From Actinomycetota bacterium (GTDB lineage Bacteria; Actinomycetota; Acidimicrobiia; Spongiisociales; UBA11373), in assembly GCA_016870535.1 (NCBI GenBank), contig VGBK01000005.1, forward strand, positions 1 through 57,327: a stretch of 57,327 nt of DNA, read 5' to 3'. Numbering within the stretch: the first letter of the stretch is position 1; every line of letters starts with the position of its first letter. Shown in pieces: positions 13,143 through 22,512 of this stretch. The translations under genes were made by a program, and so were the position numbers. The notes under the pieces were generated by a model. The model was not told the DNA's origin. It searched no databases and saw only the letters and a list, made by a program, of their open reading frames with translations.

Positions 13143-15062
13143 GTGGTCACTGCACCCTACGGCGCCTGGGGGTCCCCCATCACCGCCCCGGCGGTGACTC
13201 GCGCCTCCCTCCGTTTCTCCGACAGCCTGGAAGCGGATGGGGACGATCTCTACTGGGCGGAGAGCCGCCCCGCCGAGGGAGGGCGCACCGTGGTGGTGCG
13301 CCGCGCCGCCGACGGTGCCACCACCGACGTGACCCCTCCCGGCTTCGACGCCCGCACTCGCGTCCACGAGTACGGCGGCGGGGCCTATGCCGTCCGCGAC
13401 GGTGGGGTCTGCTTCGCCAACTTCACCGACCAGCGGCTCTACCGGCACCGCCCCGGCGAGGATCCCCGGCCCATGACCCCGGAGCCGGCGCTCGCGGCAG
13501 CACGGCGCTTCGCCGACTTCACCTTCGGCGACGGCTTCCTCGTGTGCGTCCGTGAGCGCCATGAGGACGGCGAGGTGGTGAACGAGTTGGCCCGCCTCCC
13601 CCTCGGCGGCTCGGAAGAGGCCCGGGTGATCGCCTCCGGGCACGACTTCTTCTCCTCTCCCCGCATCTCCCCAGACGGGCGCCGCCTGGCCTGGCTGGCC
13701 TGGGACCACCCCGACATGCCCTGGAACGGGACCACCCTCTGCCTGGCTGCGCTCTCGCCCGACGGCGCTCTCGGTGAGGCCCGCGCCGTGGCCGGGGGGC
13801 GGGGCGAGTCGATCTTCCAGCCGGAGTGGTCCCCCAACGGGGTGCTGCACTTCGCCTCGGATCGCACCGGGTGGTGGAACCTCTACCGCCTCCAGGACGG
13901 CGAAACAGTCCCGGTGGCGGCGGTGACGGGGGATTGCGGCGTGCCCCAGTGGGTGTTCCGGCTGCGCCGCTACGCGTTCCTCGACGATGGCTCGATCGCC
14001 GCGGTGTACTCGTCTCCTTCGGGGACCACCCTGCTGGTGCACGCGACCGACGGTACGGCCCGAGCCCTGCCCGCCCCCGGCACCTGGCTGGCCGGGCCGG
14101 TGGCGGCGAACGGCCGCCTCTTCCTCATTGCCGGATCCCCCACCGCCTTCCCCGCAGTGGTGCGCCTCGACCCCGCCACCGGCCGCTCCGAGACAATCCG
14201 GGCACCCGAAGGGCCGGGCCTCGACCCCGCCCTCATCTCGATCCCCGAGCGGGTTGCCTTCCGCACTCCCGACGGCCCGGCCTACGCCTACTACTACCCC
14301 CCTACCAACCCCGGGTTCCGGGCACCTGCCGGCGAACTGCCCCCGCTGCTGGTGACCATCCACGGCGGACCTACCTCGGCCGCCCGGCCGGTCCTCGATC
14401 CGGAGGTGCAGTACTGGACCAGCCGGGGCTTCGCCCTGGCCGACGTGGACTACGGCGGGTCCACCGGCTACGGCCGGGCCTACTGGGAGCGCCTCCAGGG
14501 CACCTGGGGGATCGTCGACGTACGCGACTGCGCCCTGGCCGCCGCCCACCTGGCGGCCACGGGCCGGGCCGACCCGGCGCGCCTCGCCATCCGGGGCGCC
14601 AGCGCCGGCGGGTACACCACCCTGGCCGCCCTGGCCTTCCGTCGCGAGTTCGCCGCCGGGGCCAGTCACTTCGGGGTGGCCGACCTGGAGTTGCTGGCCC
14701 GGGACACCCACAAGTTCGAGTCCCGCTACCTCGACTGGCTGGTGGGCCCCTACCCGCAGGCCGCCGAGTCCTGCCGGGAGCGCTCCCCCATCCATCACCT
14801 GGACGGCATCGATCGGCCGGTCATCCTCTTCCAAGGGCTCGAGGATCGGGTAGTCCCCCCGGAGCAGGCCCAGATCATGGCCGCCGGCTTGCGGGAGCGC
14901 GGCGTGCCGGTGGCCCACCTCACCTTCCCCGGGGAGGGCCACGGCTTCCGCCGGGCGGAGAACATCGCCCGCACCCTGGAAGCCGAGTTGTCCTTCTACG
15001 GGCAGGTTTTCGGCTTCGACCCGGCGGGAGGCATCGAGCCCGTGCTGGTAGAGGAGCTCTAG
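13143..15062 (+). CDS. S9 family peptidase (prolyl oligopeptidase / dipeptidyl aminopeptidase-like)
   Basis: APYGAWGSPI N-terminus, HGGPT, GASAGG (Ser), GLEDRVV (Asp), EGHGF (His); GAGGAG RBS before GTG 13143. Confidence 0.92.
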   Translation: MVTAPYGAWGSPITAPAVTRASLRFSDSLEADGDDLYWAESRPAEGGRTVVVRRAADGATTDVTPPGFDARTRVHEYGGGAYAVRDGGVCFANFTDQRLYRHRPGEDPRPMTPEPALAAARRFADFTFGDGFLVCVRERHEDGEVVNELARLPLGGSEEARVIASGHDFFSSPRISPDGRRLAWLAWDHPDMPWNGTTLCLAALSPDGALGEARAVAGGRGESIFQPEWSPNGVLHFASDRTGWWNLYRLQDGETVPVAAVTGDCGVPQWVFRLRRYAFLDDGSIAAVYSSPSGTTLLVHATDGTARALPAPGTWLAGPVAANGRLFLIAGSPTAFPAVVRLDPATGRSETIRAPEGPGLDPALISIPERVAFRTPDGPAYAYYYPPTNPGFRAPAGELPPLLVTIHGGPTSAARPVLDPEVQYWTSRGFALADVDYGGSTGYGRAYWERLQGTWGIVDVRDCALAAAHLAATGRADPARLAIRGASAGGYTTLAALAFRREFAAGASHFGVADLELLARDTHKFESRYLDWLVGPYPQAAESCRERSPIHHLDGIDRPVILFQGLEDRVVPPEQAQIMAAGLRERGVPVAHLTFPGEGHGFRRAENIARTLEAELSFYGQVFGFDPAGGIEPVLVEEL

Positions 15063-15079
15063 AGAAGCGCCGGTAGCCC

Positions 15080-15517
15080 TCAGCCCTCGGCGGAGCAGGC
15101 ACAGGCCTTCAAGTAGGCCAGGGCAGCCTGCCGCGGCAGGAATCGTCCCACCACGACCTCGCGCCCCGGCATGCCGGCGAAGACCTCCTTCGCGAAGCGA
15201 GTGAGGGCGGGACGGAGCGCCTGCATGCCGGGCCACGCCTCCCCCACCGGCACCGCCACGACGTTGTGATCGACGAAGCCCGCCTCCGTTTGCTCCATCA
15301 GCCCGACGGGCTCGCAGTCCACCAGTTCGCCGGTGCTCAGCGGAAGGCCGGTGACCACGAAGCAGTCCACGCAGTCCCCGTCGGGAGCCAGGGTGCCGGG
15401 GATGAACCCGTAGGGGAACGGGTAGGGCGCCCGCACCTGCTCGGTGCGCAGGAAGGCCAGCGTCTCCTCATCGTGGTGGTGCTTGAGGTCGGAGCCGGCC
15501 TCGTTCTCGATGAACAC
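15080..15517 (-). CDS. Family I inorganic pyrophosphatase-like protein, divergent
   Basis: YPFPYGFIPGTLAPDGDCVD and DHNVVAVP; start uncertain (GTG 15517 chosen). Confidence 0.75.
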   Translation of the reverse strand: MFIENEAGSDLKHHHDEETLAFLRTEQVRAPYPFPYGFIPGTLAPDGDCVDCFVVTGLPLSTGELVDCEPVGLMEQTEAGFVDHNVVAVPVGEAWPGMQALRPALTRFAKEVFAGMPGREVVVGRFLPRQAALAYLKACACSAEG

Positions 15518-15570
15518 CCGCAGCCGGGGGCCATCCTGCCGCCCACCGCGGCGGTTCCCGGGGCCGCCGG

Positions 15571-16011
15571 TCAGTTGCCCAGCCCCTGGTCGAATCCCCG
15601 CACTCGCGCCGTAAGGGCCAGAAGGAGGCGCAGGGCCAGCCGTCCGTCGGACTCGACCAGGCGGCGGAAGGAGGCCCCCTCGATCGCCAGAGTGATCACC
15701 GGTTCGTCGGCGGTGACCGTGGCCGACCGCAGCCCGCGGTCGATCACCGCCATCTCGCCGAAGAAGTCGCCCGGGCCGAGCCGGACGACGACGTGCCCCC
15801 TCACGGACACGGTCGCACGACCGCTCGCCACCACGTGCAGAGCATGAGCCACCGCTCCCTCGCTGACGATGGCGTGCCCGGCAGAATGGGGCACCTCGCG
15901 CGCCAGAGCGGCGACGGTCCGCAGGGTCCCCTGGGGCAGACCGGCGAAGAGCGGGACACCGCTCAGCAGCGACGCTCTCGCCTTGCCGGTGATGGCGGCG
16001 CCTCGTTGCAT
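15571..16011 (-). CDS. Stand-alone cyclic nucleotide-binding domain protein
   Basis: VPLFAGL, LGPGDFFGEMAVIDRGLRSATV phosphate-binding cassette; no HTH; TACGAT 6 nt before ATG. Confidence 0.88.
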   Translation of the reverse strand: MQRGAAITGKARASLLSGVPLFAGLPQGTLRTVAALAREVPHSAGHAIVSEGAVAHALHVVASGRATVSVRGHVVVRLGPGDFFGEMAVIDRGLRSATVTADEPVITLAIEGASFRRLVESDGRLALRLLLALTARVRGFDQGLGN

Positions 16012-16278
16012 CGCGCCATCGTATCTCGCTCGCCCTCCACCGTGGGAGGCGATCCCCTTCGGCACGCCGTCGCGCCCTTCTGGAGCGGACGCGGCGGCAC
16101 CTACGGGCCACGCTCGAAGCCGTGGCCGCCGCCGTAGCGGAGAAACGAGGCAGGAGGACGACCACTGAGGAGATGCCGCGGCGCTCGCGGACTTCGACCC
16201 CGCCCGGCACGAAGAGGAGGCCCGGCGCAGCGCATGCCGGCAGCCATCGCGGCCCACGAGGGATGACCGATGGGGCCC

Positions 16279-17358
16279 TCAGCCCGACTGAGCCAGGCGG
16301 CGCGCCTCATCCTCCTGGGTGAGGGCGTCGACGAACTCGTCGAGGTCGCCTTCGAGGATTTCGGGGAGACGTTTGATCGTCAGCCCGATACGGTGGTCGG
16401 TGACCCGGTTCTCCCGGTAGTTGTAGGTCCGGATCTTCTCGGCCCGCTCCCCTGTGCCCACCTGGGAGCGGCGGTCGGCAGCCTGCTCGGCATGCTGACG
16501 GTCGGCCTCGATCTGGAAGAGGCGAGCGCGGAGCACACGGAGCGCCTTCACCTTGTTCTGCAACTGGCTCTTCTCGTCCTGGCAGATGACCACCAAGCCG
16601 GTGGGCCTGTGGGTGAGGCGCACCGCCGAGTCGGTGGTGTTGACCGACTGGCCACCGGGGCCGGAGGAGCGGAAGACATCGATCTCCAGGTCGCCCTCGG
16701 CGATCTGCACCTCGACCTCCTCCACTTCGGGCAGCACCGCCACGGTGGCAATCGAGGTGTGGATGCGCCCCTGGGATTCTGTCTTCGGGACCCGCTGCAC
16801 CCGGTGCGGCCCCGCCTCGAACTTGAGCCGGGAATAGGCGCCGCGCCCCTTGACGGCGAAGATCACCTCCTTGAAGCCCCCGCTGTCCCCCGGAGACGAC
16901 ACCATGGGCTCCACCCCCCAGCGGTGCCGTTCGGCGTAGCGCTGGTACATGCGGAACAGGTCGCCCGCCCAGATGCCGGCCTCATCGCCGCCGACGGCGG
17001 CCCGTATCTCCATGATCACGTCCCGGTCGTCGTTGGGGTCGCGCGGGGCCAGCATCAGCCGCAGGCGGCCCTCCAGTTCGCTCGCGTCGGCCTCCCGGCT
17101 GCGGGCCATGGCCGCCAGTTCACCCGCCATCGCGTCGTCGACCTCGGCGGCGGCCAGTTCCCGGGCCTCGGCGGCATCGCGCCCGGCCGCCAGATAGGCA
17201 TCGAAGGCGTCGGCCACCGGCTTCAGTTCGGCGTGGCGGCGGGCCGCCTCGGCGTAGCGGACGCGATCGGCCAGGACCTCGGGGTCGGCCAGGGCTTCCA
17301 AGGACTGCTCCAGCGCCCGGCGCACCTCGCGCAAGCGAGCGAGCAGGGTGTCGTCCAT
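16279..17358 (-). CDS. prfA: Peptide chain release factor 1
   Basis: [21 protein letters not shown] (PxT RF1 motif); start ATG 17358. Confidence 0.97.
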   Translation of the reverse strand: MDDTLLARLREVRRALEQSLEALADPEVLADRVRYAEAARRHAELKPVADAFDAYLAAGRDAAEARELAAAEVDDAMAGELAAMARSREADASELEGRLRLMLAPRDPNDDRDVIMEIRAAVGGDEAGIWAGDLFRMYQRYAERHRWGVEPMVSSPGDSGGFKEVIFAVKGRGAYSRLKFEAGPHRVQRVPKTESQGRIHTSIATVAVLPEVEEVEVQIAEGDLEIDVFRSSGPGGQSVNTTDSAVRLTHRPTGLVVICQDEKSQLQNKVKALRVLRARLFQIEADRQHAEQAADRRSQVGTGERAEKIRTYNYRENRVTDHRIGLTIKRLPEILEGDLDEFVDALTQEDEARRLAQSG

Positions 17359-18287
17359 CAGGTGAACTCGGCTTCGAGGGCCCCCGCCGCAATGGGCCCC
17401 CGGCGCTCCACGCCCTCCCGCTCCGCCGGGTCGAGGGCGGCCAGCAGGCTGGTGACCGCCACCTCCACCTGGTCGTCGTCGGGCGGCCGCGTGGTGAGGG
17501 CCTGCAGCCACATGCCGGGGATGGCCAGGAAGCGCAGCCAGCGCCGGTCGGAGCCCAGTTTCAGCACCTCGTAGGCCAACCCGGCGATGACCGGGATCCC
17601 CAGTACCCGGCTGGTGATCAACCAGGGCCAGGCGGGCCGGCCGAGCATGGTGAAGGCGATCAGGGCGATCAGCACCACGATCATCAGGAAGTTGGTGCCG
17701 CAGCGGGGATGCCGGGGGCTGTAGCGCTGAATGGCCTCCAGGGTCAGCGGGTCGCCGGCCTCGTAGGCGTGGATGGTCTGGTGCTCGGCCCCGTGGTAGG
17801 CGAAGACGCGACGGATCTCCTTGGAGAGGCCGATCAGCCAGATGTAGGCCACGAACAGCCCCACCCGCACCACCCCGTCGACCACGTTGAACAGCACGGC
17901 CGACTTCCCCCACACGTGCTCCATGCTCCGCGCCACCGCCAGCGGCACCACCATGAACACGGCGATGAAGAAGGCCAGAGCGAAGACCATGGAGAGCACG
18001 ATCTGGTAGCGCTTGACCTCGCCCTCCTCTTCGCTGCCTGCCTTGGCTGCCGACCAGGAGAGGGCGCGGAAGCCCAGGCTCAGCGACTCCCCGAGCACCA
18101 GCACCCCCCTAATGAAGGGCACCCGCGCCCAGCGGGAGCGAGACGACAGCCGGGGCAGGTCGTGGGAGACGGCCTCGATGACCCCGTCGGGGCGACGCAC
18201 CGCCACCGCCCACTTGGCGGGGGCGCGCATCATGACCCCTTCGATGACCGCCTGGCCGCCGACGGTGGCGCCCGGGGCTCGGCTCAC
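17358..18287 (-). CDS. DUF1385 (YqhQ-like) membrane protein
   Basis: [26 protein letters not shown]; usual position between rpmE and prfA; start GTG 18287. Confidence 0.92.
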   Translation of the reverse strand: MSRAPGATVGGQAVIEGVMMRAPAKWAVAVRRPDGVIEAVSHDLPRLSSRSRWARVPFIRGVLVLGESLSLGFRALSWSAAKAGSEEEGEVKRYQIVLSMVFALAFFIAVFMVVPLAVARSMEHVWGKSAVLFNVVDGVVRVGLFVAYIWLIGLSKEIRRVFAYHGAEHQTIHAYEAGDPLTLEAIQRYSPRHPRCGTNFLMIVVLIALIAFTMLGRPAWPWLITSRVLGIPVIAGLAYEVLKLGSDRRWLRFLAIPGMWLQALTTRPPDDDQVEVAVTSLLAALDPAEREGVERRGPIAAGALEAEFT

Positions 18288-18601
18288 TAGCCCTCCGCGG
18301 GCTCGGACTCGGCGGCGGCGCCCTTGGCCGCCTTCTTGGCGGGCCGGCGGGTGACGGGTTGCTCGCCGTAGCGGCGGCGGAACCGCTCCACCCGCCCCCC
18401 GGAGTCCACCAGGATCTGCTTCCCGGTGTAGAAGGGGTGACTGGCGCTGGAGATCTCGACCCGGGCCAGCGGGTAGGTATTGCCGTCCTGCCACTCCACC
18501 GTCTCGTCGGTGCGAACGGTGGAGCGAGTCAGGAACGAAAAGCCGGACGAGGTGTCGAGGAACACCACCGGCCGGTAGTTGGGATGGATGCCTGCTTTCA
18601 C
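18287..18601 (-). CDS. rpmE2: 50S ribosomal protein L31, type B (Zn-independent)
   Basis: [16 protein letters not shown]...[24 protein letters not shown]; no Cys. Confidence 0.95.
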   Translation of the reverse strand: MKAGIHPNYRPVVFLDTSSGFSFLTRSTVRTDETVEWQDGNTYPLARVEISSASHPFYTGKQILVDSGGRVERFRRRYGEQPVTRRPAKKAAKGAAAESEPAEG

Positions 18602-18628
18602 TTCACTGCTCCTCTGCGGCCCCGCATG

Positions 18629-20143
18629 TTATGCGCCCCCGGAACCCGACTTGGCCACATCGGCCAGGAACTCACGGTTCGACTTGGTCTGGCGCAGCCG
18701 ATCGATGAGCAACTCCAGCCCGGCCGCGGGCTCGGGGAGGGCCAGCAGCACCCGCCGCAGCTTCCAGACCTGGACCCGCTCGGCGTCGTCGAAGAGCAGC
18801 TCCTCCTTGCGGGTGCCCGAGGCCTCGATGTCGATGGCCGGGTAGACCCGCTTGTCGGCCAGCTTGCGGTCGAGGCGCAGCTCCATGTTCCCGGTGCCCT
18901 TGAACTCCTCGAAGATCACCTCGTCCATTCGGGACCCGGTCTCCACCAGGGCCGTGCCCAGGATGGTCAGGCTCCCCCCCTCTTCGATGTTGCGCGCCGC
19001 CCCGAAGAACCGCTTCGGCGGGTAGAGGGCGGTGGAGTCGACCCCGCCCGACAAGATGCGGCCGCTGGCAGGAGTGGCCAGGTTGTAGGCCCGGGCGAGG
19101 CGGGTGATGGAGTCGAGCAGGATCACGACGTCCTGCCCCATCTCGACGAGCCGCTTGGCCCGCTCGATGGCCAGTTCGGCCACCTGGGTGTGCTCCTCGG
19201 CGGGGCGGTCGAAGGTGGAGAACACCACGTCGCCTTTGACCGAGCGCTGCATGTCGGTGACCTCTTCGGGCCGCTCGTCCACCAGCACCACGATGAGCTT
19301 GCACTCCGGGTTGTTGTGGGAGATGGAGTTGGCGATCTCCTTGAGCACGGTGGTCTTGCCCGCCTTGGGCGGGGAGACGATCAGGCCGCGCTGGCCCTTG
19401 CCGATCGGGGCGATGAGGTCGACGATCCGGGCCAGTACGTGGTTGGGCTGCCCCTCCACTTCGAGGCGAAGGCGCTGATCGGGAAAGAGCGGCGTCAGGT
19501 CCCCGAACTTCGGGCGGGCGCGGGCCTCGTCGATGGTCATGCCGCTGACGTGATCGATGCGGACCAGGGCGGGGAACTTCTCCTGGGTGCGGGGCGGACG
19601 CACCGGCCCGGCCACCACGTCGCCCTTGCGCAGCCCGTACTTGCGGATCTGGTTGGCGGCGACGTAGACGTCGCGCTCGCCCGGCAAGTAGCCGGTGACC
19701 CTCAGGAAGCCGTACGACTCGGGGAGGATGTCGAGGATGCCCTCGCGCACTTCGAGATCCGACTCGTCGTAGTAGGGCTCGCGGCGCTCGCCGCCGCCGC
19801 TGCCGCTGCGCCGGCGGCGCCGCTTGCGCTGACCGCTCTCCCAGCGGTCGTCGCCGGAGTCCTCGCCCTCGGCGGCAGCCTCCTCGCTCCCCTCCTCCCC
19901 CTCAGCCCGGGGGCTCCCGCCTTCGGGTTCGGGCCGCACCTCGCCGTCGGCGGGACGCACCTCCTCGATGGCCGGAAGCGCGATCTGCACCGGCTCGGCG
20001 CTGGCTTCGAAGCCGTCCGAGCCGACGATGGCGGTGATGAGCTTCGACTTCTGGAGGTTCTCGTGGTCGGGCACGCCGAGCGAGGCGGCGATCACCCGCA
20101 GCTCGTCGAGTGACTTCTCCTGAAGCATGGCTCTGCTGGTCAT
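18629..20143 (-). CDS. rho: Transcription termination factor Rho
   Basis: [30 protein letters not shown]; N-terminal polar insertion; start ATG 20143 with AAGGAA RBS. Confidence 0.98.
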   Translation of the reverse strand: MTSRAMLQEKSLDELRVIAASLGVPDHENLQKSKLITAIVGSDGFEASAEPVQIALPAIEEVRPADGEVRPEPEGGSPRAEGEEGSEEAAAEGEDSGDDRWESGQRKRRRRRSGSGGGERREPYYDESDLEVREGILDILPESYGFLRVTGYLPGERDVYVAANQIRKYGLRKGDVVAGPVRPPRTQEKFPALVRIDHVSGMTIDEARARPKFGDLTPLFPDQRLRLEVEGQPNHVLARIVDLIAPIGKGQRGLIVSPPKAGKTTVLKEIANSISHNNPECKLIVVLVDERPEEVTDMQRSVKGDVVFSTFDRPAEEHTQVAELAIERAKRLVEMGQDVVILLDSITRLARAYNLATPASGRILSGGVDSTALYPPKRFFGAARNIEEGGSLTILGTALVETGSRMDEVIFEEFKGTGNMELRLDRKLADKRVYPAIDIEASGTRKEELLFDDAERVQVWKLRRVLLALPEPAAGLELLIDRLRQTKSNREFLADVAKSGSGGA

Positions 20144-20162
20144 AGGTTCCTTTCGGCGGGCC

Positions 20163-20828
20163 TCAGCCGCGCCCGGCGGCCAGGGCGCGCTGGTAGGCCT
20201 CCCAGTCGGCGTTGAAGCGCGCCATCCCAATGTCGGTCAACGGGTGGTGGAACAGGCGTTCCATGACGGCGAAGGGCATGGTGGCGCAGTCGGCGCCGAT
20301 GCGGGCCGCCTCGACCACGTGCACCGGGTGCCGCAGGCTGGCGGCGAGCACCTGGGTGTCGTAGCCCTGGGCGGCATACACCTCGACGAGATCGTGGAGC
20401 AGGCCCAGCCCGTCGTTGCCTGCGTCGTCCACCCGGCCCAGGAAGGGGGAGACGAAAGTGGCTCCGATGCGGGCGGCCAGGATGGCCTGCGCCGCCGAGA
20501 ACACCAGCGTCACGTTGATCGACATGCCCTCATCCACCATGCGGGCCCCGGCGGTGACGCCTTCCTTGCTCATGGGCACTTTGACCACCACGTTGTCGGC
20601 GATGGCGGTGAGGTCGCGGGCCTGGGCCAGCATCTCCTCGACCTCGGGAGCGACCACCTCGGCAGAGACGGGCCCCGGGGTGATCTCGCAGATGCGGGCG
20701 ATGAGTTCGGGGAACTCGAGGCCCTCCCTGGCGGCCAGGCTCGGATTGGTGGTCACCCCGTCGAGGATGCCCCACTCATGGGCGGTACGGATGTCGGACA
20801 AGTGCGCTGTATCGAGGAACAGCTTCAC
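20163..20828 (-). CDS. tal: Transaldolase (small FSA/TalC-type family)
   Basis: [18 protein letters not shown]; SAEV (Glu) and SPFLGR (Phe) are transaldolase-type residues rather than FSA Gln/Tyr; GGAGG RBS before GTG 20828. Confidence 0.9.
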   Translation of the reverse strand: MKLFLDTAHLSDIRTAHEWGILDGVTTNPSLAAREGLEFPELIARICEITPGPVSAEVVAPEVEEMLAQARDLTAIADNVVVKVPMSKEGVTAGARMVDEGMSINVTLVFSAAQAILAARIGATFVSPFLGRVDDAGNDGLGLLHDLVEVYAAQGYDTQVLAASLRHPVHVVEAARIGADCATMPFAVMERLFHHPLTDIGMARFNADWEAYQRALAAGRG

Positions 20829-20922
20829 GGCACCTCCAGAGGACCCGGGCACCTTCGTCACGCACGCATGCGCCGAGATCGGCACCGGTACTGGGAACAA
20901 CGGGTCGCAGACCCGAACCGTG

Positions 20923-20950
20923 ATTCTAGGGCCTTTCCTCCCCGGAGCAA
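20923..20950 (-). promoter_or_regulatory. Probable housekeeping-sigma promoter for tal-rho
   Basis: TTGCTC-16 nt-TAGAAT on the minus strand. Confidence 0.55.
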
Positions 20951-20974
20951 GGCCGAACCCCGGAACCGGCCGGG

Positions 20975-22471
20975 TCAGTCGCCGGCCGGCGGCTCAGGCA
21001 CCAGATAGACCGTGATCGGGCGCAGGCCGCTCACCACCCGCCAGGGCTTCCCCAGGGCGTCGACGTAGGCCCGGCGCGCCGCACCCTGCGGCTCCAGCCG
21101 GTGCCCGGTGAACATCACGAAGGCGGGCCCCCCGGCACGGGAGGGGAGCCTCACCTCCTCGCGGGGGAAGAGGACCGCGTCGCACCCCGAATACCACATC
21201 ACCTGCGGCACCCGCTGGGTCATCACCACGCAGGGCCGTCCGCCGGCCTGCTCCCCAACGGCCGCCGCCGCCGCGCGCAGTGGCCGCCGGCTGCCGCCCA
21301 AGTCGCGATTGCGGTCCCGCCCCAGCCCGATCGCGGCCGCCGCCAGCGCCAGCAGCAGCACCAGCGCCAGCGCCGGGCGCATCCTGCCGGGCAGCCGCCG
21401 GCCCAGCCCCTCCAGCCCGGGAGCGGCGGCCACCCACAGCCACGGGTAGACGGGCGCCAGGTAGCGAACCTCCCCATGCAGGACCGTGGCGATCGCCGCG
21501 GCGGTGGCCACGCTGATGCCCGCCGCCGCGATCCAAGCGCCGCGGTCGACCTCCCGGCGGCGCACCCAGCCGATGGCCGGCACCAGGCCGGCCAGGGCCA
21601 AGATCACCGCCGCCGGGGCAAGGACCTGGCCGCTGAGATCGAGGTAGTCCCCGAATCCGGCGAAGTTCAGCCATCCCCGGGTGCCCACCGCGCCCAGCGG
21701 CGCGCCCCCCGCCCCGGTCAGCCGAGGAACGGCCAGGACGGCCGCCACCGCACCGGCCCCGAGGAGGGCGGTGGAGACGGCGGGCCAGGGGAACCGCCAC
21801 AGGAGGCGCCATCGCCACAAAGCCACCCCCAGGAAGCCCACCGCCATGGGCAGCGGCGCCCCGAACCGTAGGAAGGTGGCGGCCGCCACCACCGGCACGG
21901 CAAGGAGCATCCACCACGAGGCACGCTCCCCACCCGTGGCGAAGACGAAGAGGGCCACGGCCAGCAGACCCAGCGCGGCGCCGGGCACATCGGGCCACAC
22001 CTGGGTGGCGGAGAGCACCAGAGGCGGCGTCACCGCCACGCCGGCGGCGGCCACCAGGGCAGGCCGCGCCCCGAAGAGGTGGCGGGCGAGCAGCCAGGTG
22101 ACCCCGATGAGGCCCAGGCCGAAGCCGGCCACGGCCAGGCGGAAGACGCTGGCCTGGCTGCCCAGGCCCCACAGCAGGTGCAGCATCCAGGGGAGGCCCG
22201 GCGCCCGATAGGTGTTCCAGTAGGCGCCGGGAGCGGCCCCCTGAGCGAAGTCCCGGGCGCGCAGGCTGTAGACCGCCTCATCCCAGCCCAGCGGGGGCCC
22301 CCGCCGCACCACCAGCACCACGACGATCAGGTACACCGCGAGGATCGCTCCCAGGATGACCCACTCGTTGCGGGCGAAGGATCCGCCCACCGAGAATCGC
22401 CGGCGAGCCGCGGGAGCGGGAGCGGCCTCGGGGGCAGGAGCGGGATCGGGGGCAGGAGCGGGATCGGTCAT
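20975..22471 (-). CDS. GT-C fold glycosyltransferase (ArnT/PMT, GT39/83-like)
   Basis: TM followed by WDEAVY, RAPGLP, many TMs, EVRYLAP. Confidence 0.82.
   Translation of the reverse strand: MTDPAPAPDPAPAPEAAPAPAARRRFSVGGSFARNEWVILGAILAVYLIVVVLVVRRGPPLGWDEAVYSLRARDFAQGAAPGAYWNTYRAPGLPWMLHLLWGLGSQASVFRLAVAGFGLGLIGVTWLLARHLFGARPALVAAAGVAVTPPLVLSATQVWPDVPGAALGLLAVALFVFATGGERASWWMLLAVPVVAAATFLRFGAPLPMAVGFLGVALWRWRLLWRFPWPAVSTALLGAGAVAAVLAVPRLTGAGGAPLGAVGTRGWLNFAGFGDYLDLSGQVLAPAAVILALAGLVPAIGWVRRREVDRGAWIAAAGISVATAAAIATVLHGEVRYLAPVYPWLWVAAAPGLEGLGRRLPGRMRPALALVLLLALAAAAIGLGRDRNRDLGGSRRPLRAAAAAVGEQAGGRPCVVMTQRVPQVMWYSGCDAVLFPREEVRLPSRAGGPAFVMFTGHRLEPQGAARRAYVDALGKPWRVVSGLRPITVYLVPEPPAGD
22413..22466. 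repeat. 18-bp tandem repeat encoding DPAPAP
   Basis: ggggcaggagcgggatcg twice exactly (22431-22466) plus one degenerate copy. Confidence 0.75.
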
Positions 22472-22512
22472 CGAGCCGCGATCCTATCGCCCGGCCTCGC
22501 CGTGCGCCCCGC

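Noticed and set aside
20163-20828. Fructose-6-phosphate aldolase call
   Set aside because: Glu and Phe at the discriminating positions favour transaldolase
20829-20922. Riboswitch in the tal leader
   Set aside because: Only short generic GC hairpins; no recognisable aptamer consensus
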